A stretch of 64,000 nucleotides of DNA from Planctomycetota bacterium (GTDB lineage: Bacteria > Planctomycetota > SZUA-567 > H5-PLA8): the NCBI GenBank assembly GCA_038227875.1, contig JBBRPR010000004.1, positions 64,001 to 128,000 on the forward strand, given 5' to 3'. The notes beneath the pieces are model-generated. The model was not told where the DNA came from. It did no database searches and saw only the letters and a program-made list of their open reading frames with translations. Within the stretch, counting starts at the first letter, position 1. Every line of letters begins with the position of its first letter. Shown here piece by piece: positions 63,657 to 64,000 of this stretch. The translations under genes and the position numbers were made by a program.

Positions 63657-64000
63657 CTATATCCCAAGCATATCGTTGACGCCGTCGATGCACTCTTTTG
63701 CGCTCTGCGGATCAGCGGGCGATGCCCAATCGAAGCCCGACCCCGGCGTCCCGTCGTAACTCAGGTACCGCGTGATCCAGCGCCAGACGAGCAGATGATT
63801 GCCAGCCGCTGCGCAGGCGCGATCGACCGTTGTGAGTTTCGCACCGCGCTGCTCTTCCCAGCCTTCGCGGAAAAGCGCCCAGCTGCCGTCATCCTTTTTC
63901 GGGAGAAGGAGTGAAGAGCCCAACTGCATTGAAGCGCAACCGATGCGGCAGGATTCCACATCAAAAAAACCCATGAAGCGCCCGGCCTGAACATGAAAAT
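63657..64000 (-). CDS. hypothetical protein (possibly 5'-truncated by the window end)
   Basis: frame of ORF 63657..63974 stays open to the window edge. Confidence 0.55.
   Translation of the reverse strand, partial: FHVQAGRFMGFFDVESCRIGCASMQLGSSLLLPKKDDGSWALFREGWEEQRGAKLTTVDRACAAAGNHLLVWRWITRYLSYDGTPGSGFDWASPADPQSAKECIDGVNDMLGI

Overview
GC-rich bacterial chromosomal window, most likely Planctomycetota/PVC. This is inferred from the FHA-Ser/Thr kinase, ECF/FecR pair, N-terminal 'QFSL' motif protein, PKD/beta-helix exoproteins and pseudopilin cassette. It holds about 40 protein genes: pyruvate kinase, signalling proteins (kinase, hybrid histidine kinase, two ECF sigmas, two AraC, IclR, Lrp, NtrC-type, receivers), large secreted enzymes/adhesins (beta-helix proteins, M11-like metalloprotease, GH9), two PhyH-family dioxygenases, sugar oxidoreductases, HppD, a 2158-aa macroglobulin-like protein and a four-gene minor (pseudo)pilin cassette. 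I found no rRNA, tRNA, CRISPR array or transposase/integrase. Most interesting observations: (1) a FecR-type anti-sigma gene with a nested Shine-Dalgarno + ATG + signal-peptide-like segment, suggesting two products from one gene; (2) a Lys-rich C-terminal domain shared by two unrelated exoproteins, a candidate sorting signal; (3) a low-GC island of orphan immunity-like genes framed by inverted repeats and a multi-family REP-like hairpin array; (4) two parS-consensus sites embedded in a near-identical long hairpin after stop codons; (5) several further intergenic repeat families. All family assignments come from motif recognition by eye, without database searches. Several start codons were re-picked from the ORF track using RBS and signal-peptide logic.
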